Assembly (NCBI GenBank): GCA_963808135.1
Contig: CAWEFA010000034.1
Location: 2,081-66,080 of the forward strand
Length of the DNA: 64,000 bases
Direction of reading: 5' to 3'
From: an uncultured Bacteroidota bacterium
GTDB lineage: Bacteria > Bacteroidota > Bacteroidia > Bacteroidales > DTGW01
The translations under genes and the position numbers were made by a program. The notes beneath the pieces are model-generated. The model was not told the DNA's origin and ran no database searches. It was given only the letters and a program-made list of their open reading frames with translations. Below are positions 34,277-44,706 of the stretch, piece by piece. Each line of letters starts with the position of its first letter. Position 1 is the first letter of the stretch.

Positions 34277-35662
34277 ATGTTTAAATGGCTGCTTACACCT
34301 ATTAATTATTTGATAATCCTGTTTATGGGTTTTATTTTTGAAGGGGAAGTATCATTAAAAATTTCAGCCCCTCAAACTGTAACTGCCGGCGATGAATTTA
34401 AAGTGTCCGTTACTTTGAACAAAGGAAAGCTTGAAAGTTTTTCGCGTTTGCTTCAGGATTTACCTGCTGGTTTAAAAGCCACACCCGTCAATTCCGCAAA
34501 TTCCGATTTTACTTTTAAAGATAATAAAGTGAGGCTTATCTGGCTTAAACTTCCCGATACCGATAGCATTACAGTTACTTATAATATTAAGGTCGATCAG
34601 CGGCTTAAAGGCACTTTCAACCTGAGCGGCAAATTTTCATATATCCAGGATAATGAACGGCAAACTATCGAAGCTACCCCGGTAACTATTAATATCAATC
34701 CAAACCTAAATATCGACCCAAAGCTTATTGTAGATATAAAAGACTTCAAGGAGCAGGTAATACCGGAATTAATGCCAACAGGCCAGGCGCCGATAGCTTG
34801 TATACGCCAAGCCCCTGTTAATACTGGCGATGCCGATAATAGCTACATAGTTAATTTATTGGTATATAAAGAAAATGCCCAAAAATTTGCTAAAATAGAA
34901 GAAACCGTCCCTGAAAATTTTACCGCTATAAAAATTGACAGTAAGGAAGGTATTTTCGTATTTAAAAATGGTTTGGCAAAATTCTTATGGATGAACCTGC
35001 CTACAGCTCCTTATTTTATTGTTTCATATCGTTTAGTCCCTAACCCGGGCGTTTCAGGGCCTCCAACGCTCAACGGCAAGTTTTCATACGTGGTTGATGA
35101 AAAAACAATAGTAAAAGATATTGTTCAAAAAGATGTTAACCTGGCATCATTGTCAGCCGATGATGTCCATAAGCTTATAAATGAAGTTTCATCATTGCCT
35201 GTTTCTGTCCCAATAGCTGAAAAAATAACCCCTGTTGATACGGCTAAATTATTGGCTCAAAAAATTGAACAAAAGAATAAACAACCTGATATTACAGCTA
35301 AAATTAAAGAAACGAAAAAAAGGTTTCAAAAAAATGCTGAAGAACCGGGAATGGCTTACATGCTGGAACCTGAAGAAGGCGTTTATTACAGGGTCCAGGT
35401 TGCCGCCGGCCATAAAAAAATAAATATTAAGCGGTATTTTAAACGGTTTAAAATTTATGACGAAATTCGTTCGGAAGATCACGAAGGATGGCGCAAATAT
35501 TCAATCGGCTCATTCCCGGAATATAAACAGGCACGCGATTACAGGGTACATATCTGGAACACTACGCTTATTGCAGATGCATTTGTATCGGCCTACAATA
35601 CCGGCAAACGCATAACCGTACAGGAGGCTTTAATGATTACAAACCAGAAATGGTATAAATGA
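34277..35662 (+). CDS. Exported protein with two repeated beta-sandwich domains and a C-terminal SPOR-like domain
   Basis: internal repeat (IWLKLP..LSGKFSY versus LWMNLP..LNGKFSY); YRVQVAA..KYSIGSF..DAFVSAYNTGKRI C-terminus. Confidence 0.6.
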   Translation: MFKWLLTPINYLIILFMGFIFEGEVSLKISAPQTVTAGDEFKVSVTLNKGKLESFSRLLQDLPAGLKATPVNSANSDFTFKDNKVRLIWLKLPDTDSITVTYNIKVDQRLKGTFNLSGKFSYIQDNERQTIEATPVTININPNLNIDPKLIVDIKDFKEQVIPELMPTGQAPIACIRQAPVNTGDADNSYIVNLLVYKENAQKFAKIEETVPENFTAIKIDSKEGIFVFKNGLAKFLWMNLPTAPYFIVSYRLVPNPGVSGPPTLNGKFSYVVDEKTIVKDIVQKDVNLASLSADDVHKLINEVSSLPVSVPIAEKITPVDTAKLLAQKIEQKNKQPDITAKIKETKKRFQKNAEEPGMAYMLEPEEGVYYRVQVAAGHKKINIKRYFKRFKIYDEIRSEDHEGWRKYSIGSFPEYKQARDYRVHIWNTTLIADAFVSAYNTGKRITVQEALMITNQKWYK

Positions 35663-35669
35663 TCACAGG

Positions 35670-37067
35670 ATGAAGCGCTTATTTAATATACAATTTCTAT
35701 TGTTCATCCTGCTTTTTTCCCCGGCTTATAAATTATTTGGGCAGGAAAGAGATTGGGAAAAATATCTTATTGAAGATGTTGAAAATATTAATCCTGTTTA
35801 TAAGCCTGTCATTGGTGTTGGGATGGGCTTTTTGAGTTTTTATGGAAATGTAAACAACAACATTTCAAATCCGTTATTCGGCAACATGGCGCTTAAAGTG
35901 AACATGCACGCTTATGTCGACCAGCCTAAGCATTATAAATTCAACCTTTACGTAATGTCAACTTTATTTGGGCAATCTCCGATGACTGTAAGACAACGTT
36001 CATATACCACACCTGATAAAAATTTTAGTTTTCAATCAGATTTCCTGATTTTCGGCGCAAACATACATTACGATTTCGATCATTTTATTAAAAAGACAAG
36101 TTTTATGCGGCCATTTATTTCAATCGGGTTGGAGAATGTTGCATTCAGTTCAAAAGCCGATTTAATAGGTAAATATTATAATCCTGCCGATGGAAAGTGG
36201 CATGCTTCGCCATATTATTACTGGACTGACGGAACAGTCCGAAACCAGCCCCAAGCTAATGAAAGGCAAAGCTACTTTGTAGTTACCGACAATGTTTATG
36301 AAACTGACATGAGGAGCGATACCACCATAAATGATCGTGGACATTACAGCCAGAATACATTTGCCATCCCGCTTGAAGCCGGGCTGGATTTCACTATTAG
36401 CAACAGAACAAGCATAAGAATTGGCTATTCATATCATTTTACTTTTTCGAAATATATCGATTACAATAAAAATATCACAAAAAATCCCGGATATGATAAG
36501 CTCGGCTATTCCTATTTTTCATTGCACTTCGACCTTTTTTCAGATCCTAAAATGCTTCGTTTAAATAAGCTGCTTGCCATGGTTGAAGATTTCGATTATG
36601 ATCTTCTGGGCGATGAAGACGGGGATATGGTGCTCGATATTAACGACAAATGCCTCCATACGCCAAAAGGTTTAGCAGTAGATTCTGTAGGCTGCCCTTT
36701 AGATTCGGATGGCGATGGCGTTCCCGATTACCTGGATAAGCAACCGAATACGCCTCGTGGAGCAATTGTCGACCAGGATGGCGTTGAAATTCCCGACAGC
36801 GTTGTTTGGGCAAACCTTAACCTCGAAGCACTATCGCGCCCGCAGGTGGAGGCTTACCTTGCAACGATGCAAAACCTTACAGGCGGCTCATCACGAAGGC
36901 TTGGGAAAGTTGAAATACCTGCAAAATTTAAATCCCTCGACCTTGACGGCGACGGATATATCTCGTTCGATGAAGTATTGAAGGCAATTGATGCATTCTT
37001 CGATTTCGATTCCGATTTAACAACCCAGGATATTTACGAACTCAACGACTTCTTCTTTTCGCAGTAA
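35670..37067 (+). CDS. Outer-membrane beta-barrel protein with TSP3 Ca-binding repeats and a C-terminal EF-hand
   Basis: signal peptide; amphipathic strands (RPFISIG, IPLEAGLDF, IRIGYSYHFTF); DEDGDMVLDINDKC, DSDGDGVPDYLDK; DLDGDGYISFDE. Confidence 0.65.
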   Translation: MKRLFNIQFLLFILLFSPAYKLFGQERDWEKYLIEDVENINPVYKPVIGVGMGFLSFYGNVNNNISNPLFGNMALKVNMHAYVDQPKHYKFNLYVMSTLFGQSPMTVRQRSYTTPDKNFSFQSDFLIFGANIHYDFDHFIKKTSFMRPFISIGLENVAFSSKADLIGKYYNPADGKWHASPYYYWTDGTVRNQPQANERQSYFVVTDNVYETDMRSDTTINDRGHYSQNTFAIPLEAGLDFTISNRTSIRIGYSYHFTFSKYIDYNKNITKNPGYDKLGYSYFSLHFDLFSDPKMLRLNKLLAMVEDFDYDLLGDEDGDMVLDINDKCLHTPKGLAVDSVGCPLDSDGDGVPDYLDKQPNTPRGAIVDQDGVEIPDSVVWANLNLEALSRPQVEAYLATMQNLTGGSSRRLGKVEIPAKFKSLDLDGDGYISFDEVLKAIDAFFDFDSDLTTQDIYELNDFFFSQ

Positions 37068-37084
37068 AAAAAGTATCGGTAACT

Positions 37085-37618
37085 TTATTGAATGCCTGCC
37101 TCGCGCTGGTTTAAATATTCTTCAAGAAATTCAACATTTGAACGGGTAACAGCTATGCGACCTGAACGGGTAAACTGCTTAACGCCGTATTGAGAAAGTT
37201 CCTTAAACAATTTGCTTGTTTCAAATTCGTGCCCGGTTTTTTCAATTACTGTGTATTCAGTAGTTATTTCAATAATGCGGGCGTTGCTTTTTCTAACAAT
37301 AGTTTCTATCATATTGCTTTTAAGCAAGGCATCAGTAGGAACTTTGTAAAGCGCAATTTCCTGGAATATAATTTCATCTTTTGTATGATAAAATGCCTTT
37401 ACAACCTCAACCAGTTTATCAATTTGTTTTGTTACTTTTATTACCTGGTCTTCAGTGCAATTAACAACTATTGTAAACTTATGTATGCCATGAGAAGCCG
37501 ATTCAGATACGGTAAGGCTTTCAATATTTATATGCCTTCTTGTAAAAATAATTGTTACCCTGTTCAGCAAACCTACTGCATTTTCAGAATAGGCTGTAAT
37601 TGTATATTCATTGTTCAT
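37085..37618 (-). CDS. ilvN: Acetolactate synthase small subunit
   Basis: ENAVGLLNRVTIIFTRRHINIESL ACT domain, EKTG, RSGRIA. Confidence 0.92.
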   Translation of the reverse strand: MNNEYTITAYSENAVGLLNRVTIIFTRRHINIESLTVSESASHGIHKFTIVVNCTEDQVIKVTKQIDKLVEVVKAFYHTKDEIIFQEIALYKVPTDALLKSNMIETIVRKSNARIIEITTEYTVIEKTGHEFETSKLFKELSQYGVKQFTRSGRIAVTRSNVEFLEEYLNQREAGIQ

Positions 37619-37689
37619 AATAATAAATATTTCATTAGACATTTAATCCATAAATCTTTATCCAATATCAATTAATAAAAACCGAAAAA

Positions 37690-39395
37690 TCATTTTTCTG
37701 CTTCAAGTAAAATTTCTGTAACTGCAGCTCCAGTGGGAACCATTGGAAACACATTATCTTCTTTTTCAATCATTACTTCGAGCAAATATGCATTGTCCGA
37801 TTTCAACATATCTGCAATTGCTTTATCGAGTTGTAACCGGTCGGTAACTTTTGCCGAGCTCCAACCATAAGCTTCAGCAAGTTTCTGAAAATTGGGGTTG
37901 GTAAGTTCAGTACTTGAATATCTTTTATCGAAGAAAAGCTGTTGCCATTGGCGTACCATGCCTAAAAAATTGTTATTCATTAAAACAACTTTAACGGCGG
38001 CTTTGGATTGTGCAATTGTTCCCATTTCCTGTATGGTCATTTGTATGCCGCCATCGCCTACGATAAGAATAACTTCTTTTTCGGGAGCGCCCATTTTAGC
38101 TCCAAATGCAGCGGGCAAACCGAATCCCATTGTGCCTAACCCCCCCGATGTTACAAAGCTGCGTTTATTTTTATGCTGTACATACCGCGATGCATACATT
38201 TGGTGCTGCCCAACATCGGTTACAACAATTGCATTGCCGTTAACCTGTTGGTTGATCCTGTGGATTACTTCGCCCATATTGATTCCCGTTTTTGAAGGAT
38301 AGAAATCATTATTTATGACTTTCTCCTGCTCTATTTTGTGGCAGTTTTTAAATTCATTCAGCCATGAATTATATGATTTTTTTTCAATCAAGCCGGTAAG
38401 TAATGGCAAAGTTTCTTTAACATCGCCAAGAACAGCTATGTCAGTCTTTACGTTTTTATCAATTTCAGCCGGGTCAATTTCGAGATGAATAATTTTTGCC
38501 TGTTTTGCATATCGCGAAACATCGCCGGTTATCCTGTCGTCAAAGCGCATGCCTATTGCAATAAGTACATCACACTCGTTTTGCTTAATATTTGGGCCAT
38601 AGTTTCCGTGCATGCCCAACATGCCTGTGTTTAAAGGGTGGTCAACAGGCATGGCGCTGGCTCCAAGAATTGACCAGCCAAATGGGATGCCCGATTTTTC
38701 AACAAAAGCTTTAAATTCTTCTTCGGCATTTCCAAGAATTACACCCTGCCCTACAACAATATATGGCTTTTTAGCAGCATTAATCAATTTGGCCGCTTCT
38801 TCAATTTTAACTTTGTCATAATTCGGAACAGGAACGTAGCTTCGGATATATGTGCATTTTTTGTATTCCCATGTTAATTTTCCGAACTGTGCATTTTTGG
38901 TTATATCGATTAATACAGGCCCCGGGCGTCCGGTACTTGCAATATAAAATGCTTTGGCAAATGCTGCCGGAATATCTTCGGCTTCGAAACCTGAAATTCC
39001 ATTTACAAACCGGCATGGAAATACCAACAACATCGGTTTCCTGGAAAGCATCCGAACCGAGAAGCGAAGCCAACACCTGGCCGGTATATACAAACAATAG
39101 GAGTTGAATCGATTTGTGCATCGGCGATACCTGTTATAAGGTTAGTTGAGCCTGGCCCGGAAGTAGCTATACAAACGCCGATTTTACCTGTAACACGCGC
39201 ATAGCCCTGTGCAGCATGAACAGCTCCCTGCTCATGGCGTACAAGTACATGTTTAATCTTATCCTGATAGCTGTAAAGCGCATCATAAACGGGCATTATA
39301 GCTCCTCCCGGATAACCAAAAATTATTTCCGTTCCTTCTTCTAAAAGCGATAACATAACCGCTTCAGATCCTGTTACTGTTTTTATCTCGTTCAT
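37690..39395 (-). CDS. ilvB: Acetolactate synthase large subunit (indels at ~39000-39090)
   Basis: [52 protein letters not shown]. Confidence 0.93.
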
Positions 39396-39527
39396 AATTT
39401 TTATTATATATCCTCCCCGTTTCTTCTTTTAACAAAAAATATTACGAATTAATCAAGGAGAAAAAATTGTTTAACATATTATTTAACAAATGTCCTTCAT
39501 CCTTCCTCTCGCGGATTTTGAAGGTTT

Positions 39528-41355
39528 TTAATCGACAATCCTTACAGCACCCATATCAGCGCTTGAACACCATGCTGGCATAAGCTTTTAAAGCTTTTGA
39601 TATTTCACGCTTACGCAACTTAGGCATGAAAGCTGCTTTTCCAAGCGACAGTTCTTCATTACGGCGTTTTTCAAGTTCTCCGTCAGAAACAAGAACATTA
39701 ATTTTTCTTGAAGGAATATCTATTTCAATAATATCACCATCGCAAATAAGACCTATTTCACCACCTGAAGCTGCTTCGGGCGATATATGGCAGATCGAAA
39801 GCCCGGATGTTCCTCCTGAAAAACGGCCATCGGTGATCAATGCACATTCTTTACCTAAATGCCTTGATTTAATATACGATGTAGGATAAAGCATTTCCTG
39901 CATACCCGGGCCACCTTCGGCCCTTCGTAGCTGATTACGACCACATCGCCTGCTTTGACATCTTTTAGTATCCATCGCAAGCATCTTCCTGGCTTTCGAA
40001 AACCCTCGCCGGTCCCTTAAACTTAAATATCGACGGATCAACACCCGCAGTTTTTACTATGCAGCCATTGCTGGCAATATTGCCAAAAAGCACGCCCAGT
40101 CCGCCATCGGGAAAATAGCGATTGCTCAATATCCCTGATGCAGCCCTGGATGCGGTCGGTATCAAGTTCTTTAAACATGTATCCCTGGAACCCATTTTCA
40201 GGTTTTTTAAACCTGCCGGGCCGCTTTTATATAATTTCAAACGCTTCATCAATTACTGTTTTACGCATTATATCATATTTGTCAAGCGCTTCTTTTAGCT
40301 TATAACCGTCAACACGATTTACGGCATTATCTAACAAGCCGCTCCTGTCCAATTCTCCCATAATACCGAGAATGCCGCCGGCTCGGTTAACATCTTCAAC
40401 ATGATAACTCGAACTTGGAGCTACTTTGCATAATACGGGAATTTTTCGTGATAATGCATCTATATCTTTCAAAGTAAAATCGACCCCGGCCTCATAAGCT
40501 ATTGCCAAAATGTGGAGCACAGTATTTGTAGAACCGCCCATTGCAATATCAAGCGCCATTGCATTTTTAAAAGCATTTTTAGTAGCTATGGAACGGGGAA
40601 GTACAGAGTCGTCCCCTTCATAGTAATATTTTTTACACATTTCAACAATTCTCTTTGCCGCTTTTTCAAAAAGCTTAAGCCGATTTTTATGCGTTGCAAC
40701 AATAGTGCCGTTTCCGGGAAGCGCCAGTACCAATAGCTTCATTAAGACAATTCATGGAATTAGCTGTAAACATTCCTGAACATGAGCCGCAGGTGGGGCA
40801 GGCATTTTTTTCAACCTCGTCAATTACCGATTCGGAAATTGAATCATCGGCAGCCATAACCATAGCATCTATGAGATCATATCTTTTGTTTCCAACACGT
40901 CCGGCTTCCATAGGCCCGCCTGAAACGAATATGGCCGGTATATTCAAACGCATTGCCGCCATTAACATTCCCGGTGTTATTTTATCGCAATTGCTTATGC
41001 ACACCATTGCATCTACTTTATGGGCATTGCACATAAATTCAACGCTGTCGGCAATAATATCGCGCGATGGCAATGAATATAACATACCGTCATGCCCCAT
41101 TGCGATACCGTCGTCTATTGCAATGGTATTAAACTCGGCAGCAAAAAAGCCTTCAGCTTCAATATATGCTTTAACCTGCTGCCCAATTTCATGTAAATGG
41201 ACATGTCCCGGCACAAATTGTGTAAATGAATTTGCAATAGCTATGATGGGCTTTCCAATTTGTTCTTCTTTCATACCGTTTGCCCTCCATAAGCTTCTTG
41301 CTCCCGCCATCAGGCGGCCCTGGGTTGTAGTAAAACTACGTAACTGGTTTTTCAT
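39528..41355 (-). CDS. ilvD: Dihydroxy-acid dehydratase (several indels)
   Basis: [64 protein letters not shown]; ends [11 protein letters not shown] at 39528. Confidence 0.93.
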
Positions 41356-41419
41356 TTTATATGTTTATTTAAAATTAAGTTTTTTAATGTTCTGCTTTTT
41401 TGCACTCTTTTATATTATA

Positions 41420-41461
41420 ATAAAACAGAGAAGCCTTTCTCTTCAGGTGAGAAAGGCTTCT
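41420..41461 (-). terminator. Attenuator terminator of the ilv leader
   Basis: minus strand AGAAGCCTTTCTC-ACCTGAA-GAGAAAGGCTTCT (13-bp perfect stem) followed by CTGTTTTAT. Confidence 0.85.
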
Positions 41462-41489
41462 TATCATTTGGTATTTTATAAATACATTC

Positions 41490-41555
41490 TCACCCTATTC
41501 GATTTCTGATAAGGACTACTACGACTAAGACGAGAATGTTAACAATATTTTTCAT
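41490..41555 (-). CDS. ilv operon leader peptide MKNIVNILVLVVVVLIRNRIG
   Basis: 21-aa ORF with 13 Ile/Val/Leu codons, between a TAACTTTG promoter and a terminator upstream of ilvD. Confidence 0.88.
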   Translation of the reverse strand: MKNIVNILVLVVVVLIRNRIG

Positions 41556-41573
41556 ACTATGAATTTCTGGTGA

Positions 41574-41581
41574 CAAAGTTA
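41574..41581 (-). promoter_or_regulatory. Bacteroidota -7 promoter element of the ilv leader
   Basis: TAACTTTG on the minus strand, 18 nt upstream of the leader ATG. Confidence 0.7.
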
Positions 41582-41682
41582 GAAATTTATTAATTAAAAC
41601 AAAATATTTAATTGTTTTTTAATTTTATTTAAACGTTTATGCTTATATTGTTTACTGATTATCAAATAATTTAAATAATTAA

Positions 41683-42817
41683 CTCATGTTACGCAGCTTG
41701 AAAAATAGGAATAGTTTCAATCTGCTTTAAATTTTTGTAAGCCATTTTCAGGGCATTTAGATACAGTTTTTCCTTTAATTCAAAATGATTGTGGCTGTGC
41801 CTAAGTTTAAGAACTTCAAATTTCACATAAGCGAGAATGGCTGCACAAAAATGGCTAATTTGTGTATTCTCTCTTTTTGTTGGAGACTTGGCAAATGATG
41901 CATTGCTTTTGACACTTTTGTGATACTCTTCAACTTTCCATCGTTTTTGATAGATCGAAGTAATTTGCCCGTATGTTAAGTTGAGGTCGCTTGTAACCAG
42001 ATAAAGGATGCCTTTGCTTCCATCTCCGTTTTTGAAGACTTGCCTGGCTATTCCGATGGGAAAACCCACCTTTTTCAGCCAAACATGAATAATAGCATCG
42101 TTTTCCAGTGGCAACGCCTCAATCCTAACATACTTGCCTTCAAGTTTATCATCATGGCTCAAGGCTACTTTCCTGTTACCTTTGATGGCCATAACAAAAT
42201 CAACTCTTATAGATTCTTTTACAAAACACATATTTTCAGACGAACAGAACCAAATATCATTGAGGACATAGCTAAAATTGACGAGATTGTTTCTCACTTG
42301 TGTTAATAGTTCCCGATATAAGGCATTTTTGGTTTTCTTGGCTTTGCGTTGTTTCTTCCCTGTCTTTGGATTGGTTTTTTGTTCTGGTTTGGTAATAAAA
42401 TCAACTGCCACAGGAAGGTTTGCTTGTTCACTGCAATATTGTGCTGTTATAAAGTTTACCCCTTTCACACTCCTTTTTTTAGTGTGGTCAAAATGCCAAC
42501 ATATTAGTGAATTCTCATCTGTATATGGCTTCTCTTGTATAGAGTCGTCTATAGAAATACAACCTTGGCTATTTTCAATTTCCCTGATAAATGGCTTTAC
42601 TTCTTTCCAAATACTTTGACTGGAAAAGGCACCTGAAGATAGTAAACGGGTAACTTTGTCGTGGCTAATTGCTTTATCTGTCAATGCTGAAAGCCCGGTT
42701 GCCGTGCATAAACGCGTGGAGATCATCAGGTAATCTGTATATAAATTTTCAATGACTCTTTGACTAGCTGTTCTCATCGATTTTTTGTCCTAAATTAATA
42801 TACTTGCGTAACATGAG
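41683..42817 (-). mobile_element. Insertion sequence, IS701-like
   Basis: terminal IRs CTCATGTTACGCA / TGCGTAACATGAG, flanked by direct repeats TAATTAA (41676-41682 and 42818-42824); single transposase. Confidence 0.9.
41689..42777 (-). CDS. DDE transposase (IS701-like)
   Basis: SHDKVTRLL, ISIDDSIQEKP, VLNDIWF, YQKRWKVEEYHKSVK; stop codon lies inside the IR. Confidence 0.88.
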   Translation of the reverse strand: MRTASQRVIENLYTDYLMISTRLCTATGLSALTDKAISHDKVTRLLSSGAFSSQSIWKEVKPFIREIENSQGCISIDDSIQEKPYTDENSLICWHFDHTKKRSVKGVNFITAQYCSEQANLPVAVDFITKPEQKTNPKTGKKQRKAKKTKNALYRELLTQVRNNLVNFSYVLNDIWFCSSENMCFVKESIRVDFVMAIKGNRKVALSHDDKLEGKYVRIEALPLENDAIIHVWLKKVGFPIGIARQVFKNGDGSKGILYLVTSDLNLTYGQITSIYQKRWKVEEYHKSVKSNASFAKSPTKRENTQISHFCAAILAYVKFEVLKLRHSHNHFELKEKLYLNALKMAYKNLKQIETIPIFQAA

Positions 42818-42982
42818 TAATTAACAGAAATCAAGATTAGAGTAAACCTATTAAACCTGATATTGCAATAATTTCAATGAACCTAATCAAACAAATAATA
42901 AAAATAAACTTTAAAATTTATTAAATAATTCGTCATTTTGTATTGTTTTCATTTTCTTTGAATTTAAATTAGGTAATGGGTT

Positions 42983-44661
42983 ATGAGCGACGATAAAAAA
43001 ATTATTTTTTCAATGGTGGGAGTGGGTAAAACTTTTCCACCGCATAAAAGGGTACTGAACAATATTTATCTATCTTTCTATTATGGCGCTAAAATAGGAA
43101 TCATTGGTTTGAATGGTTCCGGCAAGTCGACCCTGATGAAAATTATAGCTGGCGCTGAAAAATCATTCGAGGGACAAGTTGTCTTTTCACCGGGTTATTC
43201 AATCGGTTACATGGAGCAGGAACCGCAATTTGATGATAATAAAACTGTAATTGAAGTTGTTCGGGAAGGCGTTCAGAAGGTTGTGGATTTAATGAAAGAA
43301 TATGAAGACCTGAACATGAAATTCTCTGATCCCGGTTTATCGGCCGATGAAATGGATAAGCTAATAAACCGTCAAGGCGAACTTACCGATCTGATTGAGC
43401 AAAATGACGGATGGAATCTCGATAACAAGCTCGAAGTTGCTATGGATGCTTTGCGTTGCCCCGATGGCAATGCTTCGGTAAAAAACCTTTCCGGTGGTGA
43501 ACGCCGACGGATTGCATTATGCCGTTTGTTATTAAAACAACCCGATATACTCCTGCTCGACGAGCCTACCAATCATCTCGATGCCGAAAGCGTACAATGG
43601 CTTGAACAGCATTTAATGCAATATAAAGGCACTGTAATTGCAATTACTCACGATCGCTACTTTCTCGATAATGTTGCAGGATGGATACTTGAACTTGACC
43701 GCGGCGAAGGCATCCCGTGGAAAGGAAATTACAGTTCATGGCTCGAACAAAAGACAAGCCGCCTGGCACAGGAAGAAAAGCAGGAAAGCAGGCGGCGTAA
43801 AACCCTCGAACATGAACTCGAATGGGTAAGAATGTCGCCTAAAGCACGTCAGGCAAAAGGAAAAGCCAGGCTGAACGCTTATGAAAAATTACTGACCGAA
43901 GATTTAAAACAAAAGGAAGACCGGCTTGAGATTTTTATACCGAATGGCCCGCGTTTAGGCTCAAATGTAATTGAAGCTAAAAGTGTTTCGAAAGGCTTTG
44001 GCGATAAGTTGTTATTCGAAAACATGAGTTTTAACCTTCCTCCGGCAGGAATTGTCGGCATCATTGGTCCTAATGGCGCCGGTAAAACTACACTTTTCAG
44101 GCTTATCATAGGCGTTGAAAATCCGGGAGCAGGCTCTTTTAATATTGGCGAAACTGTAAAAATAGGATATGTTGACCAGGCACATACCGCAATTGCCCCT
44201 GAAAAAACAGTATTTGAAGTAATTTCAGGCGGGCTCGATTTTATTAATTTGGGTGGTCGCCAGGTAAATGCACGCGCGTATGTGGCGCGTTTTAATTTTA
44301 CCGGGGCCGACCAGGAAAAAAATGCGGTATTTTATCTGGTGGTGAAAGAAACCGCCTGCACCTGGCTCTTACACTTAAAGAAGAAGCAAACGTTTTATTA
44401 TTGGACGAGCCAACAAATGACATTGATGTTAATACGCTTCGCGCGCTCGAAGAAGGTTTGGAAAGCTTTGCAGGTTGTGCGGTAATTATTTCGCACGATC
44501 GTTGGTTTCTCGACCGCGTTGCAACACATATTTTAGCTTTCGAGGGCAATTCTCAGGTTTATTTCTTCGAAGGCTCATTCAGCGAATATGAGGAAAACCG
44601 GAAAAAACGGATAGGCGATGATTCACCACACAGGATTAAATATAAAAAGCTGACAAGGTAA
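42983..44661 (+). CDS. ettA: Energy-dependent translational throttle ABC-F protein (one A missing near 44320)
   Basis: [54 protein letters not shown]7 run where DQEKKCG needs A8. Confidence 0.93.
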
Positions 44662-44700
44662 ATTACAATTTACGAATTAAGAATTTCAAATTACGAATTT
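44661..44700. repeat. Degenerate heptamer tandem repeat
   Basis: AATTACA ATTTACG AATTAAG AATTTCA AATTACG AATTT filling the ettA-hisS spacer. Confidence 0.6.
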
Positions 44701-44706
44701 ATTTTT

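Noticed and set aside
39528..41355. ilvD decay caused by the adjacent IS
   Set aside because: The IS lies outside the gene and promoter, and the breaks are single-base indels like those elsewhere
40754..41509. 251-aa antisense ORF over ilvD, and similar shadow ORFs over uvrA, mreB and sucC
   Set aside because: Reverse-frame shadows of conserved genes with no recognisable protein features
44310..44330. Possible programmed frameshift at the A7 run in ettA
   Set aside because: One missing A in a homopolymer restores the canonical DQEKKCG sequence, and similar indels hit many unrelated genes here, as expected from long-read error
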